Shown here one piece after another: positions 12,909-24,587 of a DNA stretch of 64,000 nt (its first letter is position 1; each line of letters begins with the position of its first letter). This stretch comes from Octopus sinensis (Eukaryota): assembly GCF_006345805.1 (NCBI RefSeq), contig NC_042999.1, positions 158,968,001 to 159,032,000 of the forward strand, in the 5' to 3' direction. Below the pieces are notes generated by a model. That model was given only the letters and a program-made list of their open reading frames with translations. It made no database searches and had not been told where the DNA came from. The translations under genes were made by a program, and so were the position numbers.

Positions 12909-13235
12909 GTGTATGCGCACGCACAATGACGCACACGCACGCGTACAAATAAAGAACGCAATTCTGATAACAGACAGAATCAATGACTATTGAAAATGTT
13001 GCAAGCCACAACGAAAATTTTAGTAAAAAATAATAACTATATGAGTGGAAATCACACCGGTGAGTGTGTTAAATTAATAAAGCACGAAAAGAGAATGAAT
13101 CTCCCTAGACACAATAAGATAATATATGTATGTATGCATGTATGTATGAATGTATGTATGTATGTATGTATGTATGCATGTATGTATGCATGTATGTAAG
13201 CATGTATGTATGAATGTATGTAAGCATGTAAGCAT
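12762..13235. repeat. (TACA)n/(TA)n and (TATG)n microsatellite tracts
   Basis: Visible at ~12762-12910 and ~13125-13235. Confidence 0.9.
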
Positions 13236-13380
13236 GTATGTATGTGTTGTGTCTTGCTCGACCCTGATATGTTCTGCATTATAACGACGTACTTTGTCGT
13301 CTGTGTGACTGGCCCGAACGGTGTACTTCGCTATTTGTAGAGGAACAGCCCACTTCTCCCATTCGGGGGTATCCTCCACA

Positions 13381-13420
<40 letters not shown>

Positions 13421-13516
13421 GAATTTCCTTGTAGTTGTCACTTTTCCGCTGCCTTCCTTTTTTTTCAAGTTCTATGAATGGCAAATTACTATTTATTATT
13501 TCTTAATTATTTTTTT

Positions 13517-13741
13517 ACTGCCCGCAAGGGGCTACACACAAAGGGGACAAACAAGGACAGACAAACGGATTAAGTCGATTACATTGACCCCAGTACGTAA
13601 ACTGGTACTTAAGTTATCGACCCCGAAAGGATGAAAGGCAAAGTCGACCTCGGCGGAATTTGAACTCAGAATGTAACGGCGGACGAAATACCGGTAAGCA
13701 TTTCGCCCGGCGTGCTAGCGGTTTAGCCAGCTCGCCGCCTT
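13517..13741 (-). mobile_element. SINE family 2 monomer, tail type A
   Basis: Head aaggcggcgagctggctaaaccgctagcacgcc, B-box-like gagttcaaattcc; tail gccccttgcgggcagtaaaaaaa. Confidence 0.85.
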
Positions 13742-13827
13742 CCAAATTAGTATTCATGATCAGGAACTTATCTCGTTTTGTTTATTGTATTTTTGTTTGG
13801 TTTTAGTCTCTCACTCTCACTCTCTCT

Positions 13828-13865
<38 letters not shown>

Positions 13866-14539
13866 CTCTTTTCTCTTTCTATATATGTTTATATGTATCA
13901 CATGCCGTTGCTCCAAAACAGAAATAAATAAACAGAGAAATAACTTTCAAATATTTCATAAATGTTAAAGATTTATTAGAAAATCGAAGATCGTAAAACA
14001 TAGAAATGTGAATATACGTAATGAAAAGAATTTAGCGATTGTTGCAATAATATTTCATCATTCCCAGTAAACCATGTTAAAATGATACAGTTCAGTAGTT
14101 ACAATGACAAAAGTCAGCTGAAGTTATTGAAATAGTTAAGCGGTGCTTGTAATCTTACGGCTCAGGAGAAGTATTGTTACAGTTATTCAGATGAGTGTTC
14201 ACTGTGACTAGATAATGTAAATAGTTGAACAGAAATTTGAGTGATGGCAATAGTGGACATATCTATCGATTACAATGAAAGACTTCTGTTATGGTTGTAA
14301 TGATATATTGTTATATGTCGGGATGGTAAATTGTTTTGCCAAATAACTACACGCTCTATATACTCATTCTTAACTTATTATTCCATTCCACGTATCTCCT
14401 CCTGTCTTGTTTAAGGAAAGGACGAGACACGTTAGATGAAGAATCGCCGAAGATGTATGTTTCTCGTAGACTTGAAGAAGATAGTAACATTAACGTGAAG
14501 GGTATCTTCTCTTGGACTCGTGACCGTTACATCACATCA

Positions 14540-15200
14540 TATGCATTTTCAATTCAAGAACAAGAGATTGCTACTATATCAACAAAAGAGACAGTGAAAC
14601 CCTCGGAGTTCCAAGATGCAATCATAAATGTAGATTATGACATATTTATGTGGAAGACTTATGATTAGCAGCTGCGCCAAAATTACATCAACTTATTACC
14701 TACCAATGCGACATGACGTTGTTGCAAATACAATATACAATGCATTTCTAAAAAAGACTGTCCCGGAATAGACATAGAGAATCTTTCTCTTATTGAATAC
14801 ATACACAAATGCCAACACAAGGAATACTGGTGGAACATTCCCATCAAAATAGCTGTCAAGTGTAAGTATAACAGGCCAAATACAGTTGTTTGGGACAGAC
14901 AAGAAAATGTATGTACCGTCATAGAGGTCATCTGTCCTGCTGATGTGAATATCTCTTCGAAAATGGAAGGGAAGATAACTATGGACAACTTCTTCGAAAC
15001 CTCCTGTATCTATATCCAGGTTACAAATTTACAATTATACCAATAATATTTGGAGCAATTGGTTTTGTAGATAAATGCTTAACTGTCAATCTGGATGAGT
15101 TTGTATTTTCAGTTAAACAAATCAACCAACTTATTCGCATATTACAAGTACAATCTGTATGCAAAAATATGCAAGACTTTTCTCGGGTTGAAATGTGACA
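14540..15200 (+). mobile_element. R4/Dong-like RLE LINE, decayed 3' part (CCHC knuckle and restriction-like endonuclease)
   Basis: YAFSIQEQEIAT..ISSCAKITSTYYLPMRHDVVA..EYWWNIPIK..NRPNTVVWD..IEVICPAD..IIPIIFGAIG across frameshifts. Confidence 0.8.
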
Positions 15201-15349
15201 TTGTTTTCGTTATCTATATTCCAAAAATCCTCTGGCGTAAAGTGTCTTTAGTTTGACCAACATATTATTCTCGACACCTTGAGCAAGCTGATACATATAT
15301 TAGGTTTTCCGAAGCACATGTGAAATTGGTTTTCACTGTAAAACGTTGA

Positions 15350-15560
15350 CCCTATTTGAAGGAGAATTCCGATCCCTCAGGATGACGGTACATAGATCCC
15401 AGATTAAAATACGAGAATACAGAAAAATACGATTAAGCAAGCGCATCGATATTTGCGCCACTAACGAACACCCCAATTTAAATTTGTTTCCCTCTATAAA
15501 TTCAGGGACAATGCAACTTATAATCAGCGCATTAGCAAAGAAGCATATTTTATCGCAAAA
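15350..15560 (+). mobile_element. Penelope-like GIY-YIG endonuclease fragment
   Basis: SLRMTVHRSQIKIREYRKIRLSKRIDICA..NLNLFP resembles the PLE endonuclease after the YIG motif. Confidence 0.5.
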
Positions 15561-15984
15561 TATAAACCTATCTTGAATGCTTCCACCATAGATGAAACTA
15601 CTACAGGAATTTTTCCAACCACCACTGCTACGACCACAACAGGTTACATTTAGGTCATTTGACCATTAAAGAAGATTCCACGGTCACAGCAATCCTATAT
15701 TTGTCTTTTCTTTCTTTTCTTCCTTCATCTTCTCCTTCTCCTTTTTTTCTTCTTTTTCTTCTCCTCCTTCTTCTTCTCCCTCAGCTGCTCCTGCTTAAAC
15801 AGATTTACTACTACCTACCTTCCAAGAATTCACAAAGGAAGAGAGAGAGGGAGAGAGAGAGACAAACAGACAGACTATTTGAAGACAATGGTAATATTTA
15901 CCTATTTGAAGACTATGGAAATATATACAAAACATTTCATTTAATTTTTGTCTCAAATTTAATTGTTATTCTTATTTTACTCTT

Positions 15985-16060
15985 ACTTGAAAAAGTCTAA
16001 AAGTCGAAAACCGGTACTAAAATGTACTTCATGATAAAATTATTTTGGCATTTTCCACGT
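15985..16060 (+). mobile_element. Solo arm of the hammerhead-bearing palindromic family
   Basis: ttgaaaaagtctaaaagtcgaaaaccggtactaaaatgtacttcatgataaaattattttggcattttcc. Confidence 0.7.
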
Positions 16061-16512
16061 GTGTGCGTGTGTGTACGTACCCAACTGTGACTGACTACAC
16101 AGCATATAACGAAATTTGTCTCGAATTTACCGTTCATGTATGAAGAGTATATTTGACTTCAGACGTCCAACTTCTAACGAAGTTTTTGCATCGCTCATCT
16201 GAGCTCAGTTCATGTAAGTATAAATATCACGAGATACAATATGTTATCTGCTTCAGATAATTGAGTCATTATATGATGTGTGACCGATTAACTTCTCTGT
16301 TTTTGTCCAAATCCTTTGACAATCTTCTGAAGAGGGTACATATGTACATATTATCGAAGCGAAAATTGTTCATCACCATTGGGGGAGCTAATTTGGAAAT
16401 TCATAAGTTTTACGTATCACATTTCAAAATATGTACAATATTTCAAAATGACATTTGTATTACCAGTTAATAATTGACATATAGACATATACGTACATAT
16501 ACATGAAACATA

Positions 16513-16558
<46 letters not shown>

Positions 16559-16674
16559 CATTGATATACAAAATTTACATAAAATATATGATGTGAAGTA
16601 TGTAAAAATTTGTATAAAGAGCAAGCTATAAAAATTAGTGAGAAAAAGGCAGATATACACTAAATATATAATTA

Positions 16675-16850
16675 CACATTTATTGGATGGCCGTTGACTC
16701 TCAAGAGTTCCTCCGCCCTGTGACGGGTTCTATTTTTCATCCCGCAGGGTATCCAATAAACACCCTCCTCACCAAGCAAGCTTGGTGGTGTTGCCGGTTT
16801 AGTCGCCGATGGCCCGACCATGCAACAAGTTGTGCTGGATTACATGTACA
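16675..16850 (-). repeat. GC-richer interspersed repeat fragment, possibly a LINE 5' leader
   Basis: Structured non-coding segment with hairpin caccaag-cttg-cttggtg abutting (TACA)n; the assignment is recollection only. Confidence 0.3.
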
Positions 16851-17603
16851 TATACATACATACATACATACATGCATACATACATACATACATACATAAA
16901 TGCATGTATACACACACACACGCACGCACACACTCACACACACACACACACACACACACATTCAACAGATATGATCTAGAGATTCACAATGTAGAAAGCA
17001 CTTTGACACCAAGTGATTTGAGCTTACACACCGAAACCTTTACTGAGGACCACGTCTGCTGGGTAAAGAGTTTCTATAACAGGAATCTAAAATGAGATAA
17101 AGAGACAATGAAGCAAATAAAACCGCTTAGGCTAGATATATAAAATATACATACATTTATTCATGTAGAGAGAAAGCAAAAGCTGAAAATTTTCAGATGA
17201 ATATTCAAGTATAAATATATGGATATTTCTTTATTAACAGAACAAAGATACATATAGCACAAAGACAAAAATTAAAAGGGAGAAGTTATACAAGTACGAC
17301 AGTTGTTTCTGGGGGATCGGAGTTCATAATATTGACAGATGTAGTTCACCAGATGCATGCAATCAATAATGGAAGCAAATAAACATTGTATAGATCCAGC
17401 CTCTGCTTTCAGTATGGAGAGGCAAAAATTTAACAGTTTGGATCATGCTGCATGTATATTTAATGGTAGAATTGAAAGGCAAGCAGTAATGGAGAGAAGA
17501 AGTAGGTAGCTCGGTGAGAGTATGGGGAGTGTTGAAGCAAGGAACGGCTACAAGAGATAAGAGACTCAATGCAAGAAGATAGACGGGTTTGAATGATCAG
17601 GGT

Positions 17604-17895
17604 AAGTTAAGTTAAGTTAATTTTTTGGCTCAAAAAGCAAAAAGCAAGGCTATGTAGGGGGACATCGAGTTATGTACAGGGAGGGTGTTCATGCAAAGAG
17701 TTCAGGCCATTTGTGGTCAAGAGAGACTTTGAAACGAGCGGTCGTCGGCATCTTCACTATCTCGTCCGGCAGCTTATTCCACGGATCCGCAACCCGGACG
17801 GAGAAAGCCCCTCTCTTTCGATTGAGATGAAATCGTCGCAGATAGAGCTTTACGAAGTGACCCCGCAGCCGACGCTCTGGGTACTGAGAGAGACA
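17604..17895 (-). mobile_element. CR1-clade LINE 3' end with (AACTT)n tail
   Basis: RRLRGHFVKLYLRRFHLNRKRGAFSVRVADPWNKLPDEIVKMPTTARFKVSLDHKW*, then short tandem tail. Confidence 0.8.
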
Positions 17896-18289
17896 GTAGT
17901 AAAAGTAGAGGGTTGGGAGATAAGTGGGTGGGGTAGTATTTGAAGGGTGGTCATTGTTGTTGAGTTTGAGAAAAGGCGTTGAAAATTAGGGATAGTAGGG
18001 CTAAAGAAGTAAGGGAAATTCAGAGAATGAGAAAAGGGGGGGACAAGTATTAAGGGGAGGGAATGGGTTCTTTTGTAGATGCTAGTAGGGTCGCGAAGGG
18101 GGAATTTGAAGAATGGGGGTGGACTGGCTGTGGAGGGAGTGTACTAAGGCATGTAGAGATGTATGAGACTAAGTAGGGGAGGTGGACAGAGTGAGAAAGA
18201 GGGGGATAGGTTGATAGAGAAGGCAGTAATAGGTTGTGCTGAGTGGTTTTGACTGAAGAGAGAAATCGAAGAATGGAGGTGCGTTGGTG

Positions 18290-18645
18290 GCTTAGCGGTA
18301 TTTTGTCTGCCGTTCCGTTCTGAGTTCAAATTCCGCCGAGGTCGACTTTGCCTTTCATCCTTTCAGGGTCGATTAAATAAGTACCAGTTACGCACTGGGG
18401 TCGATGTAATCGACTTAATCCGTTTGTGTCCTTGTTTTTCCTCTCTGTGTTTAGCCCCTTGTGGGTAGTAAAAAGTAGGTATTTCGTCAGTTTTTACGTT
18501 CTGAGTTCAAATTCCACCGATGTCAACTTTGCCTTTCATTTTTTCGTGGTCGATAAATTAAGTTCCAGCTGCGTACAGGGGTCGATCTAATCGACTGCTC
18601 CCCTCGCTCCAAATTTCGTGTCTTGCTCCTTGAGTAGAAAAGGAT
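18290..18645 (+). mobile_element. SINE family 2 dimer (monomer A plus 5'-truncated monomer B)
   Basis: Two consecutive cores; junction gtgggtagtaaaaagtaggtatttcgtc. Confidence 0.8.
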
Positions 18646-18659
18646 ATATTATAGTAGTT

Positions 18660-19270
18660 GATTGGGTTTATGGAAAGGTAATATACGTTAGCAGCTAAGT
18701 CAAGAGTAACGTCTAAGAAATTGTCAAGTTTGGTGTTACTTTCAAAATAAATATTTAGGTTATGATTTTTAAAGAATCTATGGAGGGCTTCTCTAATGCA
18801 CCCAACAGAAGGTCATGATAAACCAGTGGCTGGAGTGAATGCGTCATCCCTGTAGAGATCTCCGCAGAGGTTTGTAAGTGCTGTTTAATCTGAGAAAAGA
18901 AAGAAGAAGCCGATGTACCAAGGAAGCAATCTTAGTGCTATATTGAACAATGGGATGTTCAAAAGGCAATAGAGTATGACATGATGAGATTTGCAAGATA
19001 CAGAAAAGGTACGATCTAACAGATAAAATAATGAATGAGCACGTAAGATTTATACCACAAACACTTAAATAACTTCCCGACGTTAAGTGTAAAAATATTG
19101 TGTTTGTCTAAGCTCTCAAGTTGAGAGTTTACTGGTACATGAGATAGTAGGAGATTAGCTCTCATAAAATTGTACAGATGATCTCTGTGGAATTAGAGGT
19201 AAGTAAGGTTGATAAAGGCTATCTAAATACTATTGTATACTATTGTATAGTGGTAACTTTATTGACATCA
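18660..19270 (-). mobile_element. Penelope-like reverse transcriptase remnant
   Basis: Minus strand GDLYRDDA..FFKNHNLNIYFESNTKLDNFLDVTLDL, the PLE RT signature, with stops. Confidence 0.75.
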
Positions 19271-19434
19271 AAATATGTTTCCAAAGAAAATTCAATTATG
19301 TAGTAAGCTGCACGTAAATAATAGAGTTTACGCATTTTGAAATATACACTTACAGGATAAAGGACATAATGTGACGTACCGTGGGTCGCACTTTTACATC
19401 ACTATGCAGCACAGTTCACACGACGAAACGCTTG

Positions 19435-19735
<301 letters not shown>

Positions 19736-22074
19736 ATTAACAATTAAGGAACGGCCATAATAGGCCATTCACCCACTAGAAACAACAGCCAAAGCTTCCA
19801 CCGCAAATAAAGATTAATTCCGTAAACAGGAGAAAATTAAAAAAACATTTACCCTGTATTTCTTGTACGGTATACCGTTTCATCCGCTGTTTAATGGTAA
19901 ACTAACCTGATTAAATTAAATCAAGCCAATCTTCCATAAGCCCTCGGATTCTTCAGCAAGAAATAGCTCAAGTCGGAACAGATATTTACACGAGGCATAC
20001 CCAATCTTGCCAAGTCAATATCTGACCTAAAATTTTCAAATCGTCGCACTCGCGCCAAATTTATCGGCAGCAAATAATATCAGCCGTCGATTCCATTACG
20101 GAATTAACCAAAAAATTCATAATTAATCAATATAGGGTGGCAAGGAAAATTTTGTAGAATTTTATTGCCACCAGCGGCCCAGTGGGAAAAAATTAAATAG
20201 TCATAGACCATTTTTAAGTTCAACATTAACAATTAAGGAACGGCCATAATAGGCCATTCACCCACTAGAAACAACAGCCAAAGCTTCCACCGCAAATAAA
20301 GATTAATTCCGTAAACAGGAGAAAATTAAAAAAACATTTACCCTGTAATTTCTTGTACGGTATACCGTTTCATCCGCTGTTTAATGGTAAACTAACCTGA
20401 TTAAATTAAATCAAGCCAATCTTCCATAAGCCCTCGGATTCTTCAGCAAGAAATAGCTCAAGTCGGAACAGATATTTACACGAGGCATACCCAATCTTGC
20501 CAAGTCAATATCTGACCTAAAATTTTCAAATCGTCGCACTCGCGCCAAATTTATCGGCAGCAAATAAATATCAGCCGTCGATTCCATTACGGAATTAACC
20601 AAAAAATTCATAATTAATCAATATAGGGTGGCAAGGAAAATTTTGTAGAATTTTATTGCCACCAGCGGCCCAGTGGGAAAAAATTAAATAGTCATAGACC
20701 ATTTTTAAGTTCAACATTAACAATTAAGGAACGGCCATAATAGGCCATTCACCCACTAGAAACAACAGCAAAGCTTCCACCGCAAATAAAGATTAATTCC
20801 GTAAACAGGAGAAAATTAAAAAAACATTTACCCTGTAATTTCTTGTACGGTATACCGTTTCATCCGCTGTTTAATGGTAAACTAACCTGATTAAATTAAA
20901 TCAAGCCAATCTTCCATAAGCCCTCGGATTCTTCAGCAAGAAATAGCTCAAGTCGGAACAGATATTTACACGAGGCATACCCAATCTTGCCAAGTCAATA
21001 TCTGACCTAAAATTTTCAAATCGTCGCACTCGCGCCAAATTTATCGGCAGCAAATAAATATCAGCCGTCGATTCCATTACGGAATTAACCAAAAAATTCA
21101 TAATTAATCAATATAGGGTGGCAAGGAAAATTTTGTAGAATTTTATTGCCACCAGCGGCCCAGTGGGAAAAAATTAAATAGTCATAGACCATTTTTAAGT
21201 TCAACATTAACAATTAAGGAACGGCCATAATAGGCCATTCACCCACTAGAAACAACAGCCAAAGCTTCCACCGCAAATAAAGATTAATTCCGTAAACAGG
21301 AGAAAATTAAAAAAACATTTACCCTGTAAAAGCGGATGAAACGGTATACCGTACAAGAATTACAGGGTAAATGTTTTTTTAATTTTCTCCTGTTTACGGA
21401 ATTAATCTTTATTTGCGGTGGAAGCTTTGGCTGTTGTTTCTAGTGGGTGAATGGCCTATTATGGCCGTTCCTTAATTGTTAATGTTGAACTTAAAAATGG
21501 TCTATGACTATTTAATTTTTTCCCACTGGGCCGCTGGTGGCAATAAAATTCTACAAAATTTTCCTTGCCACCCTATATTGATTAATTATGAATTTTTTGG
21601 TTAATTCCGTATGGAATCGACGGCTGATATTTATTTGCTGCCGATAAATTTGGCGCGAGTGCGACGATTTGAAAATTTTAGGTCAGATATTGACTTGGCA
21701 AGATTGGGTATGCCTCGTGTAAATATCTGTTCCGACTTGAGCTATTTCTTGCTGAAGAATCCGAGGGCTTATGGAAGATTGGCTTGATTTAATTTAATCA
21801 GGTTAGTTTACCATTAAACAGCGGATGAAACGGTATACCGTACAAGAAATTACAGGGTAAATGTTTTTTTAATTTTCTCCTGTTTACGGAATTAATCTTT
21901 ATTTGCGGTGGAAGCTTTGGCTGTTGTTTCTAGTGGGTGAATGGCCTATTATGGCCGTTCCTTAATTGTTAATGTTGAACTTAAAAATGGTCTATGACTA
22001 TTTAATTTTTTCCCACTGGGCCGCTGGTGGCAATAAAATTCTACAAAATTTTCCTTGCCACCCTATATTGATTA

Positions 22075-22076
<2 letters not shown>
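19736..22076. repeat. Tandem-then-inverted array of a ~490-bp unit
   Basis: Direct units start at 19736, 20225, 20716 and 21206 (partial); sequence inverts at ~21330; 717-bp arms at 20613-21329 and 21360-22076. Confidence 0.95.
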
Positions 22077-22106
<30 letters not shown>

Positions 22107-23409
22107 CATACTCACAAATACACATATATTTGTATACTTTATGTACACGTGAGCGCTTACAGAGCTATGTATGTATATTTATTTAGAATTGTATGTGTTA
22201 ACGTATGTATGCACAAATGTAAAGTGATATAATTAATAATTCCTCACACACTGTGGAGCTGTATAATCGAGCATAAGCTTGCAGCGAAGCGATCTACGGT
22301 CCGCTTTTAGTGCCGTTTGGAGTTATTTTATTAACGCTAATGCCTTTGGGAACGGTTTAAAGCTAAACCTGATATCTTTCACGCTGAATTAATAAGACTG
22401 ATCATACATTGGCACATACTTCTCATCTTCAACCTTGAAATGATTGAATATATTTATCACACTGGTGCTTTCAATGAAATATTTACTTTTTTCACCGTAT
22501 TGATTTTGCATGCAGCAGTAAATGGAATTCTTTGCACATTATTCGCTCTAAGCAGATAAGTTTTATTGTTGCCGATAACTACAATTTCTTGGTCAAAATT
22601 CTATGTAACTTCAAGCTTCAGTTATAATAAATTGAAACTAACTACATTTAGAAGTTTCGTGGGTTAAAAAGCTTAATTACTGCGCAACTAAATGTAATTT
22701 TTTACTAGCATTCAGTTCAATTGATGAGCCAATGCTCATCACCAAAAAGTAAAATCAATACGTATTAATATGTCAATGATTTAAATAGTTTAAAGTCCAA
22801 ATGTGTTTATGCTTCAGATTTTCATTAAAATATATTCTAAAGATAAACTGAAAAAGCTATTCATCCATTCTATCAGTGATTTTATTCGGTGATTTTCAGT
22901 AATGTTCACTTCGTCGATATTTGAACTATTATATTTTTATGGATTTCAAGTTGGCTTGAGAAATTTCCCACAAAAAGTTTAGCAAAGGAATTGATCTAAA
23001 ATATTCTGAAATATTTTTCTTTATTTGATTAGAATTATTTACACTTCATCATGCGTGATGCCACCAACTACTGTGATTGGTTTAAATAATCTGTTAAATA
23101 ATTGTAGAAAATGTTGAAGATACGTCTTTTATTCAGAACTTCATAAAATTTCCAGGTATTTTTTTTGTTTCTTTCATATCTTTTTAGGACAGACGTTGAT
23201 TTTGTTTTTATTAAAATGATTATGGAGGATTATATCCTTGATTAGAAATCCAAGTTTGTATAATTGGCCGAGGGTTCAGTGTTTCGAATCTTTCAGATTT
23301 TTCATATGTTACAAACGCGGTCGGAGAGAGAGACAGACAGGAACGAACGCGGCCAGACAGAGACGAGTAGAGACGAACAGAGACAGACAGGACAGAGAGA
23401 CAAACAAGG

Positions 23410-23444
<35 letters not shown>

Positions 23445-23555
23445 CGGGCCGAGAGACACGGATAGCTGTAGCGAACTGGCAAGTTGATGTAGTGGAATAC
23501 TGCGGCTAACCAGGTTGCCTTTGTTGCCGGTAAATGTTTTTATGTCTTAAAAGAA

Positions 23556-23850
23556 AATGAGCTTTGTGTTGTTAAACGTGTTTTTAAAAGAAAAGAAAGA
23601 GAAAAAGAACTTTGAGTTGTTAAGTGTGTTTTTAAAAGAAAGGAAAAGAAAAAGAAAAGAACTGGGTTAAATGATTGAAAAGAAAAAAAAAGGAACTGCG
23701 TTGTTAAATGTTTTAGAAGAAAACGAACTTTGTGATGTTAAATGTTTGAAAAGAAAAAAAGAAAAGAACTTTGTGTTGTTAAATGTTAAATGTGTTTTTA
23801 AAGGAACGAAAGAAAAAAAAGGAACTGTCGTTGTTAAATGTTTAAAAAAA
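23556..23850 (+). repeat. Degenerate minisatellite, ~35-50-bp unit
   Basis: About 7-8 copies of gaactttgtgttgttaaatgt(gt)ttttaaaagaaaa. Confidence 0.75.
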
Positions 23851-24167
23851 TTACTTTGACTACGCAACGTTTTGTGTTTCTTTTTGCGGCTCTCCTGGCT
23901 TTGTTTCACTGCTACATTTTTTCCGTGGTGGGTCTCTGATTTACTGAGCGTTGGCGCACGCGAGTTCGTCTGGGCCAGCAAACTGCGGGCTGTTTGTGTA
24001 TGAACGGGTGCTGGTATCGGAGGGTCGAGTGCAGCGTAACACATAGTAAAAACAACTCTCAAAAAGTCCAAGAACATTTAAACTTAAGTAACTCCTCCAT
24101 GACAGAAACACGTCACCAGTGGAAAAATTGTCGTCTTGGTGGGTTACTTAGTCAACTTGCTGAGACA

Positions 24168-24376
24168 TACTCTTACTCTTTTACTTGTTTCAGTCATTTG
24201 ACTGCGGCCATGCTGGAGCACCGCCTTTAGTCGAACAACTCGATCCCGGGATTTATTCTTTGTAAGCCTAGTACTTATTCTATCGGTCTCTGTTGCCGAA
24301 CCGCTAAGTGACGGGGACGTAAACACACTAGCATCGGTTGTCAAGTGATGTTGGGGGGACAAACACAGACGCACAA

Positions 24377-24409
<33 letters not shown>

Positions 24410-24587
24410 CATATACATATATACGACGGGCTTCTTTCAGTTTCCGTTTACCAAATCCACTCACAAGGCTTTGGTCGGCCCAAGGCTATAGTAGAAGACA
24501 CTTGCCCAAGGTGCCACGCAGTGGAACTGAACCCGGAACCATGTGGTTGGTAAGCAAGCTACTCACCACACAGCCACTCCTGCGCCT
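24168..24587 (-). mobile_element. SINE family 1, full length
   Basis: Same head, internal microsatellite and tail as 2838-3285. Confidence 0.9.

Noticed and set aside
20440-20520. HDV-like ribozyme reading of interleaved stems on the minus strand of the 490-bp unit
   Set aside because: No P1.1 GG, P2 is not adjacent to P3, and J4/2 is non-canonical. The CUGAAGA there lacks a matching GAAA, so it is not a retrozyme hammerhead either.
20411-20611. 66-aa ORF repeated in the 490-bp unit
   Set aside because: Short, no recognisable domain, and broken by 1-bp indels in other copies.
19736-22076. CRISPR-like interpretation of the array
   Set aside because: Whole units repeat with no unique spacers, and there are no cas genes.
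24012-24023. tggtatcggagg resembling a tRNA-iMet primer-binding site
   Set aside because: Two mismatches in 12, and no LTR end or gag/pol nearby.
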